From positions 168,020,001 to 168,084,000 of the forward strand of contig OX597815.1 of the NCBI GenBank assembly GCA_951406725.2: a stretch of DNA of 64,000 nucleotides. The letters run 5' to 3'. The translations under genes and the position numbers were made by a program. The notes beneath the pieces are model-generated. The model did not search any database. It was not told the DNA's origin and saw only the letters and a program-made list of their open reading frames with translations. The DNA is from Octopus vulgaris (taxonomy: Eukaryota). Shown here in pieces: positions 1-13,808 of the stretch (position 1 is the first letter of the stretch; every line of letters starts with the position of its first letter).

Positions 1-357
1 TGACACTATAGCAAGATCTTTAATACATTGATTGAATCATAGTAATTTAGTCAGAAAAAAAACGGGAGTGTGCGAAAACTTAGCTACCTCTTTCTAATTG
101 GCTAGTATGGTACTTTATTGTCTTGTTGTTTCGTTCAGGTACTCTTCTATCGGTATGTTAGGTACATTGAAGTGTTTTATAGCCTTGAATAGACCTCTAC
201 ATTGGGATGGATCCTTGAGATTAAATGGGTTTATACTTCACCTTGGACTCTTTGATGTTATAATTTGACTCCCACATTGAGGCTGTCTAGACATAGTTTT
301 ATGTATTTCTTCAATATCATAAATTATCTCAATATCTATCTCTACGTGTGTGTTTCT

Positions 358-493
<136 letters not shown>

Positions 494-589
494 TATTCTT
501 TAACTTGTTTCAGTCATTTGATGGTGGTCAGAGCACTGCTGTGAAGTTTTTTGCCCCAAGGCTTATTTTTAAACTTAGTACTTATTTTG

Positions 590-661
<72 letters not shown>

Positions 662-748
662 TAGAAAGAATAGCCAAAACTCTTTTGACTGCTATTTCTA
701 GATTCGGTGTGTGGTGAGGCAAATCGTTGCTAAACCCTTAATTACTTA

Positions 749-879
<131 letters not shown>

Positions 880-1070
880 TCAATATAGGGTGGCAAAAAA
901 TTTTGTAGAATTCTTTACCAGCGGCCTATATAAATATATAAACCATTTTTATAACATATATATATATATATAAATAACAAAAATTTATATATATTGATTA
1001 TAAAGTTTTCAATTTTCTCCTGTTTTATATGTTATTTTGCGTTACTTTTGGTTTATTATCGTTCCTGATT

Positions 1071-1129
<59 letters not shown>

Positions 1130-1610
1130 TATATAAATATACAAATATATTCATGTATACACGACGTTCTAAGTACTAAACGTCTTGTATCTCTCTCTTC
1201 TATCTTTTCTCCTTTCCAAGAAAATATTTCTTCCAGCGTTCACTATTTTTCCCCTCATTCTAGTCTAACGACCCACCAAGTTTGTTTTCGTTCGGTTTCT
1301 TGTGTGTCTCCACCGTCCTGTTTTCGTTCCCAACATTGACCCTCCACAAAATCCAAAATTTATTTTGGAATTTATGGAAGCAACTGCCTTCGAAGATTCA
1401 TGTTGTTGAATGCTCGAAATGAGGAGTAGATAGACAACCGACAACTGATGAAGAGTCGTTCTTTGTGATGAAGGGTCGTTCTGTTTTCAATTTTATTTTC
1501 TCTCGTCGTTTGCGTTTTTATCTCGCTTGTTTTCGTACTCCATGTTGTTTACAGTTGGTGACGTCCTGTACCCATATATGCATATATTCCATCTTCTGTC
1601 TTTCATTTGT

Positions 1611-1662
<52 letters not shown>

Positions 1663-1771
1663 CGTCCAATAATACTATATTTGTTCCACGTCCTCGCGTT
1701 GCTGTGTTTTTTTGTGTTTTCTTGTTTGGATTAACTTTATATACATATATATGTATATATATATGTATATA

Positions 1772-1851
<80 letters not shown>

Positions 1852-2151
1852 TATATACATATTTACATACATACATGTGTGTATGTATATATATATATAT
1901 ATACATACATATATATTCGAAACACGGAGTAGACGAAACGGAGGCGGCTGAAGAAGGGGAATTTTCCTTGTGTTGTATGTCTTGTACCCTGTTTTTTCGT
2001 TGTTTAAAAAAATGTCCGTTTCCATGGTTCGGTTTTTATGTTTTCGTTTCTCATTGTGTTCGACGTTTTTTTGTGGTGTCCTGTACCCATATATGCATGT
2101 ACATATACATATAGATGTAGGTACGTACATATATGTATGTATATATGCATG

Positions 2152-3612
2152 ATTTACTTTGATACTTTGATATTTTGATAGGTTTCGGCCATTATTGGCC
2201 CAGGCCATGTCTAACTTAATAGCACCACCTGGTGAAGTCTTTCAAGTCAGAATTTGGGCACTATGGCCCACTCAACTAGAGAGTTATTTGTTTACAGAGA
2301 CATATCCAGGTGTAGGGGGTTTATCCGGGATTTCTTGAAGGAATCTGTCCAAAGACTTCTTGAACCCTATAGGGTCTGTTTCTGTTTTAATGTGTTTTGG
2401 TGTAATGTTAAAGAGAGCGGGGCCAACTGAGGTGAAATAATTGTGCCGTATTGTTGTTATGAGATGAGAGTGCGATTTTTGTTTTGGGCGGATGGCACGG
2501 GGCCCAAGCCTTGGATGTACCTTAAAGGTGATGCCAACATCATTTGGGCAATGCTGATGGAATATTTTCCACATCATGCAGATGATGTAGCGCTCACGGC
2601 GACGTTGGAGAGAATAAAGTTTTAGCTTTTCTAGTCGACCCCAATAGTCGAGGCCTGTCATGCCATCTATCTTTTTTGTGATTGCCCTTTGAGGTGCTTC
2701 AACTTTTATGATACTTTGTTTTGTGTGGGGAGACCACAGTGGACAACAGTATTCAAGGTGGAGTCGGGCAAAAGTGGAGAAGAGAAGGATAATGGTGTGG
2801 ATATCTCTCGACTGGAAAGTTCTGAGAATCCAGGAACACATTCTGCGGGCCATGTCAACTTTGGTGTTTATATGAGTGGCCCAGCTTATGTTGTTGTCCA
2901 CAATTACTCCCAAGTCTCTGATGTTGTTGGATGCCACGAGAGTTTCACCTGAAGGAAGGGAGTATGGGAGTTTCAGGGCATCCTCTTTTCCAAAGTGGAT
3001 TAACTCAAATTTATCCTCATTCAGCAGCATATTGTTTTTTTTCTGCCCATTGGATAACAGCCAGTAGATCTGACTGAAGGCATGTCCGGTCACTCGCCTC
3101 ATTTATGACCTTCTGTAGCTTGGAATCTTCTGCAAAGATTTTTATGTTGCTGTGCTTGATGATGTCATTAATGTCATTAATGTAGATGATGAAAAGAAGT
3201 GGGCCCAGCACAGTGCCTTGCGGAACGCCACTACTGACTTTGGCTGGGCTTGATTTTACCCCTTCAACTACAACATGTTGAGATCTGTCTGTCAGGAAAC
3301 ACTTGATCCATTTCAGTAACTTTCCAGAGACACCAATGTTGGATAGTTTTTTCAATAGGATCTTGTGATCAACCCTGTCGAAGGCCTTGCTGAAATCAAG
3401 GTAGATGACATCGGTGTTGGAGCCTTCTCCCAAAGCTCTCAAAATGTCATCAAAGTGATGCAGGAGCTGCGTTAGGCAGTCCCTTCCATTACGGAACCCA
3501 TGTTGGTTAGAGATCAGCCGTCTGTTGCTTTCCAGAAATTGGGTTATTCGAGATCTCACCACCCTCTCAAATACCTTGATGATATGAGAGGTGAGTGAGA
3601 TCGGATGGTAGT
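2152..3612 (-). mobile_element. 5'-truncated CR1/L2-group LINE (RT domain, C-terminus, 3' UTR)
   Basis: ORFs 3017..3562 and 2284..3102 join through one frameshift in an A8 run. Motifs: QHGFR, YLDFSKAFDRV, SGVPQGTVLGPLLF, FAED (for FADD), LEYCCPLWSP. 3' tail is short ATCAAAGT-type repeats near 2152-2180. Confidence 0.92.
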
Positions 3613-3634
3613 TCAGTTTTATTTATTATTTTGT

Positions 3635-3702
<68 letters not shown>

Positions 3703-3765
3703 TTAAAAATGGATGCGTCGTGTTCAATTAAATAATAAATAGTAAATAATATATATACATAAATA

Positions 3766-3857
<92 letters not shown>

Positions 3858-4402
3858 GTATGTATGTATATATATATACATGCAGGAAACGTTTCCAGAT
3901 AATTTCCAAATGACATTCTTGAAAATAAAAGAAAGCAGTAGTCATTCATCAAAATTCGAACACATATCACAAAAATGTGAACGAATACGACGCTAAAGTA
4001 AACAAATATTCTCTATTCCGAGAGGTTTCGTGTAATGAATAAACTTTATTAAACTATTGGTTTCACTTACAAGCAAGAGGTCAGCGCTGCGTGAGCTTTA
4101 ACTTGGTTTTGTGTTCTCGTAGTTTTAACAAGGAGCGAACACATGAACATATTGTATAGTTTGTGAAAGAGAAAAGAAGGCAAGAGTTGGGCTGTCCTAC
4201 TCGTCTGTTGAATCCATTCATCTCTTGCCCTTTCATTGCCCTATCCCACCAAACCTAACACCCACCACTTCAGCACAGGCAGTGAGCATTTCAAGAAGTG
4301 ATTATAATATGTATGTGCGTATGTGTGTGTGTGTATGTATGGGTATGTGTGTGAGTCTGTGTATGCGTGCGCGTCGTGATTGTACGTAAATATGTGTTTG
4401 TG

Positions 4403-4462
<60 letters not shown>

Positions 4463-4541
4463 CACACACACATACAGGTAGATAGCTAGATAGTTAGACA
4501 GACAGACAGATAGACAGACAGATAGATACAAAGATAGATAT

Positions 4542-5010
4542 GTTTCTTTATTAGCCACACCGGGCTGCACACAGATAGAACAAATTACAAGGTAGAGCTT
4601 TTCTTTTGAAGGGTTAGGAAAAAAAAAAAAAAAAAAAGGAAGGGGGGAGTTTCGATCAAAAGGGATCGTAAAAGGAGAGAAAGAGGACAAAAAAAAGGGG
4701 GTTAAAAAAAGGGGGGAGGAAAAAAAATTGATCAATAGGGATCGTTATCACAGAAATGTCAATATGAAGTGTAAAGGGGAGGACAGGTGAGGTTTACCCG
4801 TGGAAAGAAAAGCCTACGGAAAAGACCACGGTAACCTCGGTCAATGAAGTCACATTTTATATTTCTTTTTTTTGTTTTTTTGTTTTTTTGCAAATAAGCA
4901 ACTCTCTGTTTTCGATTTCTGGGTTCATAGGACTATGCTCAAGGTGGCTTCGTCATTCATACGTGCCATTCTTGCTACATTCACCCATCTTTTTTTTAAA
5001 ACATTCGCTA
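4542..5010 (-). mobile_element. 3' end of an L1/Tx1-like LINE, same family as 7518-8823
   Basis: KKRWVNVARMARMNDEATLSIVL matches KRWVNMARMVRINDGTTLSMIL of ORF 8156..8530; both end GTGGCTAATAAAGAAA. Confidence 0.8.
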
Positions 5011-5011
5011 G

Positions 5012-5086
<75 letters not shown>

Positions 5087-5251
5087 CAGACAGATAGAGA
5101 GAGAGAGAGAGAAACAGACAGACTGAGAGAGACAGAGAGAGAAACAGACAGACTGACAGAGACAGAGAGAGAAATATATGATATATATATATAACATTAT
5201 ATATAACATTATACAACATTACATAACATTATATACATATACACACACGCA

Positions 5252-5289
<38 letters not shown>

Positions 5290-5717
5290 GGAGGGGCGAA
5301 TACATATTTATACGCGTGTGTATGTGTGTGCGAGCGCGTGTGTGTGTGTATGCATACATACACTTTGATTAACAAATACATACATACATACATACATACA
5401 TACATACATACATACATACATACATACATACACACATACACAAGTACACGCTCGTGTATGTAGGAATATGAACGTGTTAATGCATGTGAGAATGTAAGAG
5501 TGTGTGTACGCATATATGTCGTGCTCTCTATGCGCATGCGCGTATGCATGTTCGTACGCTTGTATGAGTATGTGTGCGACTGTGTTGCGCATGCACGTAC
5601 GTACGCAAATCTTTCGTAGCGAAAGAATGTCTTAGAGTTTCTAACAAGTGTTTTGTCGGATTAGAAGGGACAAATTATAGACTTATTCTTGTTCTTGTTC
5701 TTCTTATTATTTTATCA

Positions 5718-5762
<45 letters not shown>

Positions 5763-6170
5763 TCATTTTCATTCTGATTCTTATTGTTATTCTCTTCTCA
5801 CTCCATTCATCTAAAGAGAATTTGTATTTCTCCTTCATTCTCCTTCCTCCTCACTCTTTCTCAGTCTCTCATTCTTACTCTCATTTTCTCTCTGTCTCTC
5901 TCTCTCTCTCTTCTTTCTTTTTCTGTCTGAAGAGGCCATTTATGTCGTCAAATTTCAAATTGAAAAAAAAAAGAGTATACGCCCAAAAGCTATCGAATAC
6001 GTGCAGACTTAACAAAAGGACAGATGAGAGGATAAATGAACAAGACAGACGATCAGGCAAACAGACAGGCAGGTAAGAAAAAAAAAAGACAGGCAGACAG
6101 ACGAACAGAGGGACAGACGGGCGGACAGAAAAAGACGGAAAGGTAAACAGACAGAAAGACAGATAGGCAA

Positions 6171-6251
<81 letters not shown>

Positions 6252-6252
6252 C

Positions 6253-6287
<35 letters not shown>

Positions 6288-6301
6288 TGGACAGGTAGGT
6301 T

Positions 6302-6387
<86 letters not shown>

Positions 6388-6399
6388 TAGACAGGTAGG

Positions 6400-6437
<38 letters not shown>

Positions 6438-6451
6438 CATAGATACATACA

Positions 6452-6486
<35 letters not shown>

Positions 6487-7517
6487 GTACAAATATGCAT
6501 ACATACATACATACATACATACATACATACATACATACATACATACATAGTCATACGGCCCACCAGACAGAAAGAGAAATAAAACAATGACAAAATATAA
6601 GTCAAGAAAATAAAAAGAATATGAACCAAAAGAACGAAAACGAACCATTTATTTCTTACAGAGCAACAAGGTCTCACAGAAGTTCTTTAATGGTGTGACG
6701 ATGATGCTTTTCTAAAGAATCGAGCGATCGAAGCAGAAGAGTGAGAATGGTTGCACCTAGAGCCATTTTGATTCACATGCGGGCCTAAGATATCTCTCTT
6801 TCTTTTTTTTTTTTTTTTTTTTTTTTTTTGCTTCAGTCATTGGACTGCTGTCATGTTGGTGCATCGCATTCAGGGGTTTTGTCGAACAATTTTTGCATCC
6901 GGAAGGAAGGATTTTGGTCAAAATGACACATTGACCAAATTCCTTCTTTCTTTCTTTTCTTCTTTTTCTTTGACAGATGGTTTGTTTTGGCTTTGAAGCA
7001 GATAGCTTTGGACTTGTGACATCCTATATTTTCAATTAGTCAATCGATCGATTGATAAGACTGAATCATGAACGCACCCAAACGCATATCTGAAACAGTT
7101 GTAAGCCTATAATAAATAAATATATTGGACTGAGTCATAAATAATTTTCGATTATTACTCATGAATTATTTTCATTATTGCTCATGAAAAAAAATTTATA
7201 AACCATTGTTTCCAATGGTCAGTTTAATTGTCATTATTTTGAATGACCTCTTGCCATTTATCAAGTAGCTTTTTTATTCCTCTCGAGCAAAATCCAGCTG
7301 GCTTCGACATGAAGAAACTTTCCCCATATGTTGTCACTTGATCTTCTTGAGAAAAATCTTTTCCAACCAGAACATTTTGTAGAGAGCGAAAGACATGTAA
7401 ATCAGTTGGTGCAAGGTCTGGTGAATATGGTGGATGGGGTCGAACAAACCAGTTCAAATCCAATATTTTATCTTGCGTGATTCTAGATGGATGTGGTCTT
7501 GCGTTATCTTGGAGAAA

Positions 7518-8823
7518 CCGTCTGACCGTTCCGACCCTACCATCACAAAACTTGAACGTGCCTTGTCCTGACCCTATCATCACAAAACTGGAGCGTAAAC
7601 TCTTCTGCATTTTGAGGAAGGGAAGCGTTCCAATGGTCAAGCGATCCATTTGCTGCCAACATCCGCTAAATGGAGGGCTGGGCATGCCGCATTTAATGAT
7701 GCGCAAACATGCGCTGAGACTGGACATCTCCAGCGTTTCATAGACGGCGGTGAACAGGTGTTGTCACCGTTTGTGAGACGCGCTTTCCCGTAGCTCGTCT
7801 CTTTGACTGAACTACAATCGTGGACCAAACAGAGACTGAGGCTGGGCGAATAGCACGGCGAGTGTCGCCATGCTCTCGAGCAACTCTGTGCGACTTCAAT
7901 TCCCCGAAGGTGTTCTATAGAGGATTAGTGGACGTTTTGGGGGAGACCCTGAGCGTCAACGAGGATTACCTGGCCCACCTCTTCAGGACCACTTTCAGGC
8001 CGGAACCTATGGACAATTTCCAGAGATCCCTGTCCTGGCAGTGCTATCGGAAAGCATTGTCCGTTCGGGATTAGCTCTACAGATGCAGTTCAAGAAACAC
8101 CGAACCAACTTGCCCGAGATGCGGTTAGAGCGACAAGACCGTTCTGCACGCACTCGTGCAATGTCCTAACACTTCAGACCTGCGGGCTTATGTCGAACGG
8201 CTGTTGTCACGTGCGGGACGAATTCGGTTGTCGGCCGAGTCTATCGTGAATATTGCCCCACCATCTTCCTTTAGCTGGAAAGGCAAGGCAGTTTTCATTG
8301 TACTGGTGGCTATGATGAAAGAATGTGTGTGGTGGCCTCGTACGAAAGGTTTAGAGACAAACACTTTCCTCTCTGGTCATCCTCTCGTGAGCTTCGTCAA
8401 GAATCACTTGAAGGGGAAGGTGAGAATAGAGAGGGACGTATTGTCTAATGAAAGGTTCAGTAAAAGGTGGGTGAATATGGCAAGGATGGTACGAATAAAT
8501 GACGGAACTACCTTGAGCATGATCCTATAAATCAAAGAGAGAAAGAGCGCCTTTCTCTCATGTTAATGTCTTTTTTTTCTTTTCGTTTCCGAGGTTACCG
8601 TTATTCTTTTACGTTAATTTTTCTTTCCGCGAATAAATGTAGTTGATTTTACATTTTTTCCCCCTTTTGGGAACTCTTATTGTTTACAACTTTTGTGTTA
8701 TTTCCCTGATTACACGTTCAAAAAAAGAAAGGTTTTTATTTCCTTTTTGATCTATTTCGAAAAGGAAAAATTCTACATTGTATTGTCCCCTCTGTGTTCA
8801 GTCCTGCGTGGCTAATAAAGAAA
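7518..8823 (+). mobile_element. 5'-truncated L1/Tx1-like LINE nested in the mariner
   Basis: CCQHPLNGGLGMP motif and CPRC...HALVQC (zf-RVT-like); T-rich 3' UTR ending GGCTAATAAAGAAA; multiple stops and frameshifts. Confidence 0.8.
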
Positions 8824-9530
8824 TCCATGAAGAAGCACGTTTCTCTTATTGACGAGTGCAAGGCGTTTCTTTAAAAGATTTTCATGCACACGTTGCAGCT
8901 GCTGAGAGTATAAGTCGGCATTTAGTGTTTGATTGCAGTTCAAAAACTCAGAATGAATAGTACCACGGTGATTCTATTTTACACACAGCATAACTTTCTT
9001 TCCATGAAGCTCAGCCTTTGAGGTAGGTTGTGAAGATTCTTGTCAATCTACTGTCTTTTGCGTTGAACAAAATCATAAAAGACCCATTTTTTATCACCTG
9101 TAATGATATTATTGAGAAATAGATCATTTCTCTGCCTTGTCGCTATGGACATGCGATATTTCCTATTCTTCTCCCCAATAGTATGGGGAACCCAAATACC
9201 CAGCTTACTGACTTTTCCTATCTTTTCCTAGTAGCGGCAGATGGTGGATTGATATGTGTTGAAGTCAATTACTAATTCTCGACCACTTTTACAAGGAGTG
9301 AATCCACTAATTCTCGTAAAGCACCTTGATCGAAATCTGATGAGCATCCTCAATGATAAATCTCTGGAACGAAACTTTGAAACCCAATTTCAAGGTCAGT
9401 AATGGCAATTTTGATGACGTTCATTTTTTTGTTGTTTTTCTCGTGGATGTTTTGGTCAAGAAAAACAAAAAGACGTCATCAAAATTGTAACTGATCAAAA
9501 CTAGATCCTTTACCATAAAAACATGTATAT

Positions 9531-9693
9531 CAGGCGCAGGAGTGGCTGTGTGGTAAGAAGCTTGCTTCCCAACCACATGGTTCTGTGTTCAGTCCCACTG
9601 CGTGGCACCTTGGGAAAGTGTCTTCTACTGTAGCCTCGGTCCGACCAAAGCCTTATGAGTGGATTTGGTAGACGGAAACTGAAAGATGCCAGT

Positions 9694-9743
<50 letters not shown>

Positions 9744-9950
9744 GGTGTGTGTGTTTGTCCCCACCATCGCTTGACAACCGATGTTGGTGTGTTTACGTCC
9801 CGGTAACTTAGCGGTTCGGCAAAAGTGACTGATAGAATAAGTACGAGGCTTACAAAGAATAAGTCCTGGGGTCGATTTGTTCGACCAAACGCGGTGATCC
9901 AGCATGGCCGTAGTCAAATGACTGAAACAAGTAATAGAATAAAAGAATAC
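9531..9950 (+). mobile_element. tRNA-derived SINE group A (GCAGGAGTGGCTGTGTGGTAAG head, internal TA/TG microsatellite). Other copies: ~11935-12065(+), 15100-15290(-), 19310-19530(-), 25855-26070(-), 27805-28180(+), 31940-32095(-), 52397-52785(+), 53103-53495(-), 54083-54487(-), 60005-60118(-)
   Basis: A/B-box-like head, shared body ACCTTGGGCAAGTGTCTTCTACTATAGCC..., and tail GTCAAATGACTGAAACAAGTAAAAG, repeated throughout the window. Confidence 0.88.
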
Positions 9951-10363
9951 TAAAATATTTGGACTTATACCATTTCGAACTCTAAAATCTTAATACGGTG
10001 AATAGACCCGGACGCTTCGACTGAAATTGAGAAAAGAGCTACACGCACCTCGACAGAAATTGTAAAAAGAACCTTTTTCTTTCTCTTCATCTTTTCCTTT
10101 TTCTTCCCTGCGTTTTTATAAAAACTCAATATGACTCAACTTTCAATAACGTACATTGTTTTATAATCTTCACCGAACATTTACACATATATTATTATCT
10201 ATCCCTAGGAAACTCATTGAAATTTCTGTGATTTGATCGTTCAAACACATTTTTCCGATTTTTCCCTTATAACTTTAAACTCTCTTAAACCCTTTATTTA
10301 TTTGTACCGTTGATAAGCAAAAAATTGTCGAAACCGGTTTGGTATTTGAATAAATCTGTTACA

Positions 10364-10736
10364 GTGGTTAGGGCAGCGGACTCGCGGTCATAGGATCGCG
10401 GTTTCGATTCCCAGACCGGGCGTTGTGAGTGTTTATTGAGCGAAAACACCTAATGCTCCACGAGGCTCCGGCAGGGGATGATGGTGATCCCTGCTGTACT
10501 CTTTCACCACAACTTTCTCTCACTCTTACTTCCTGTTTCTGTTGTACCTGTATTTCAAAGGGCCGGCCTTGTCACTCTCTGTGTCACGCTGAATATCCCC
10601 GAGAACTACGTTAAGTGTACACGTGTCTGTGGAGTGCTCAGCCACTTACACGTTAATTTCACGAGCAGGCTGTTCCGTTGATTCGGATCAACCGGAACCC
10701 TCATCGTCGAAACCGACGGAGTGCTTCCATCCATCC
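10364..10736 (+). mobile_element. tRNA-derived SINE group B (head 1, tail a), slightly 5'-truncated
   Basis: GTGGTTAGGGCAGCGGACTCGCGG...GGTTTCGATTCCC; 12-bp TSD aaatctgttaca at 10352-10363 and 10737-10748. Confidence 0.9.
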
Positions 10737-11081
10737 AAATCTGTTACAAAATTTAAAAGCGACAACACGTTTTGAGATTCAGATGCATTTTTAAACCCCA
10801 AAATAAATTCTCCTGCATTTTTTCATATATACTTATGATGGGCTCTCCCGTTGAAGACGCCGTATTTGTCTATGTTGTTCAAATACATACCATTGGCCAC
10901 AGTGAGTTATTTTTCTTAGCTCATTTTTGCCTAAATCATGCAAATTACATAGGCCACAAAAGTATTCTGTTTTTGTTTTTTTGGGTTTTTTTTTGTATAA
11001 GTCTAAGTCTCTCGGCTACTGAAGATAATGCCGGGCAATTATTTTGCTGAAAGCGGCTATTGGATCAGTAACCTACCTATA

Positions 11082-11119
<38 letters not shown>

Positions 11120-11151
11120 TACACACACACAAACACACACGCACGCGCACG

Positions 11152-11218
<67 letters not shown>

Positions 11219-12070
11219 CATAATCAAAAATTTAATTCTGTAAAATATCTCATTATTGAGTTTTAACTAAATGACAACAAACCTGAAAAGAGTGATTTGT
11301 CGGAGAGTAACAAACAGGAAATTGTGTCTCCTGTGATTTTCTTAAAGATAATATTAATAAAAACTAATAATGATTTTCAAAACAGACAGAAAACTCTGCT
11401 TATTTTCTTTAGTGAAGGGTCCAGTTCGAAACATCAAAACTTACATCACCACTCAAGAACTTATTTCATTTATATACTAAATTTACCCGGATAGTTAATA
11501 ATTCTTTATTTCTATTATAGGCAGGAGGAAGGCGGCGACCTGGAATAATCGTTAGCATGACGGGCTGAATGTTAAGCGGCGTTTCGTCTGTCTGTACGAG
11601 CAGAGTTCAACTTCCGCCTAGGCCAACTTTACTTTTCATCCTTTACGGGTCGATAAAATAAGTATTAGTTAAACACTGGGGTCGATCTAATCGACTTACC
11701 CCTCTCCCCTTGTGCCAGAATTTGAAATCAGGATAAACAGGAGGACAAGTCAATTACATCTTAATTGGTACTTATTTTATCGACCACGAAAGAACGAAAG
11801 GCAAAATTGACCTCGGTGTCATTTGAACGCAGAAAGTAAAGCCAGAAGAAATGCCGCTACGCAATTTATCCGGCGCGGTACCGATTCTGCCAGCTCATCG
11901 CCCTCCGAATGGTTAATACTTACGGTAAATATACGGCTGTGTGGTAAGAAGTTTGCTTCCTAGCCACATGGTTCCGGGTTCAGACTTACTGCGTGGCACC
12001 TTGGGTAAGTGTCTTCTACATAGCCCCGAGTCAACCAAAACCTTATGAGTTGATTTCGAAGACGAATATG

Positions 12071-12900
12071 CGAGGTGCATTCCAAAACTTTTGACGTAGT
12101 TTTAGGCGATGCAGTTATAAGTGCCCTAAATTATTGTAATTCTAGTGTATCGTTACTATATATCTAATAAGCTGACTTGCTAACATTGAACGCACCCTAG
12201 TAAACAATGATAGTCACAGCTGACTAGCTTTCAGAATGCAGGATGTTAGGAAGCTCGCTATGCAATAAAGTTATGTGTTAAACTGAGCGGGTGGTGGGTA
12301 GGAAACGTTATAGAAACTTATGAAATGCTCCACGCTGCTTATGGAGTAACTTGTAAGACCCGAACACCTGTTTTTCGCTGGTACACGAAGCCAGGCGAAG
12401 CAAGTTCACCAGGAAGCTAATGATGCTCCTCTTTTTTGACTGCAGGGCATCATTTACATCCACTGGGTTTCCTTCTGTCCAGACAGTCAACAAATAATAC
12501 TTTGTGGAGGGTTTGAGGGACTCTCGGAAAAGATTTCATTGCAAAAGGCCAGAATACCTTTACCAGGACAATGCACCAGCCTACAATTCCATCCTGGTAG
12601 CCAACTACTTGACAGAGATGGACATCAAAACTGCCCCTCATCTTCTCTACAGATCAGACCTTGCTCCCTGTGGCTTATGGTTGTTCACCAAGCTGAAGGA
12701 GATGAAGGAGGCTGTGACAAGAGTCTTAGACATTTCATTTCGGGGGACTTCCATGGGGGTCTACACAAAGTAGCCAGAGCGCTGCAACAAGTGCATTGAA
12801 GTCAAAGGATCCTACTTTGAATAAGACAGGAGTCTTATACTTCTTTGAAATTAATGAAAGCCTCCCCTGAAAACGTCTCAAAACTTCTGGAATGCTCCTT
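12071..12900 (+). mobile_element. Internally deleted, decayed mariner-like element
   Basis: ORF 12504..12773 has QDNAPAYNS...YRSDLAPCGLWLF; imperfect TIRs gaggtgcattccaaaacttttgacg / cgtctcaaaacttctggaatgctcct. Confidence 0.75.
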
Positions 12901-13054
12901 AGGCATGTACATGTATGTATGTATGTATGTATGTATGTATGTATGTATGTATGTATGTATGTATGTATGTATGCATATATTTTTATATTATTTTTTCGTT
13001 TTGGGATTTGGTTCGCAAGATTCTTTGTATGAGTTCGTGTGTTGAAGCATATTC

Positions 13055-13134
13055 TGTCTGGGGAGAGTCATTCTCTTTTAGTGCCTTATTATTTAAATAA
13101 TAAGGCACTAAAAGAGAATGACTCTCCCCAGACA
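13055..13134. repeat. Perfect 80-bp palindrome with no spacer
   Basis: tgtctggggagagtcattctcttttagtgccttattattt|aaataataaggcactaaaagagaatgactctccccagaca, checked base by base. Confidence 0.97.
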
Positions 13135-13241
13135 CAACAGAATATATATTATTTATATTATCATATATTCATATACATTTATGCATCTATCTATCAATCT
13201 ATTTATCTATCTATCTCTTCCTTTCTCTCTCTCTTTCTCTT

Positions 13242-13303
<62 letters not shown>

Positions 13304-13374
13304 AAGAAAAACCGACAGACACACACACAGACACACAAAGAGGCACACACAGACACACACACACACACACACAC

Positions 13375-13457
<83 letters not shown>

Positions 13458-13768
13458 TGTCAATGTGTTTGTGCCTTTATGTTTGTGTTTACTCACCACC
13501 ACCACCACTTGACAACCGGTGTGTGTTCGTTTAACTCCCTATAACTTAACAGTTCTGTAAAAGAGAACAATAGGCTAAGTACCAGACTGAAAAAAAGAAC
13601 CAAACTGTATACAACAAACTGTGACTAAGGAATCACACCTCATCGGTCGAACGGAGATTTACATCACGTTGCTCTACAATTTCAGTACCAGAGCTATTAA
13701 ATGATCTCGGCGCTTGGGATTTAGGTGTGTGGCTTATAAGATTGCAGCGATAGTTGTGACGGTGGTTA

Positions 13769-13808
<40 letters not shown>

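Larger units (their letters stand above)
7122..10148 (-). mobile_element. Decayed mariner (DD34D) transposon interrupted by a LINE and a SINE
   Basis: QDNARPH...HPPYSPDLAPTD at 7224-7516 continues after the LINE as NQTLNADLYSQQLQRVHENL (8830-8935). Degenerate TIRs: tattggactgagtcata (7122) and tatgactcaacttttcaata (~10129-10148). Confidence 0.8.

Noticed and set aside
7224-7727. 167-aa ORF as a novel transposase fusion
   Set aside because: Accidental read-through from antisense LINE sequence into the mariner C-terminus.
11017-11062. CTGAAGA...GAAA hammerhead-like words (also near 11410-11440 and 25809)
   Set aside because: Stems I-III cannot be formed convincingly; such words are expected by chance in AT-rich DNA.
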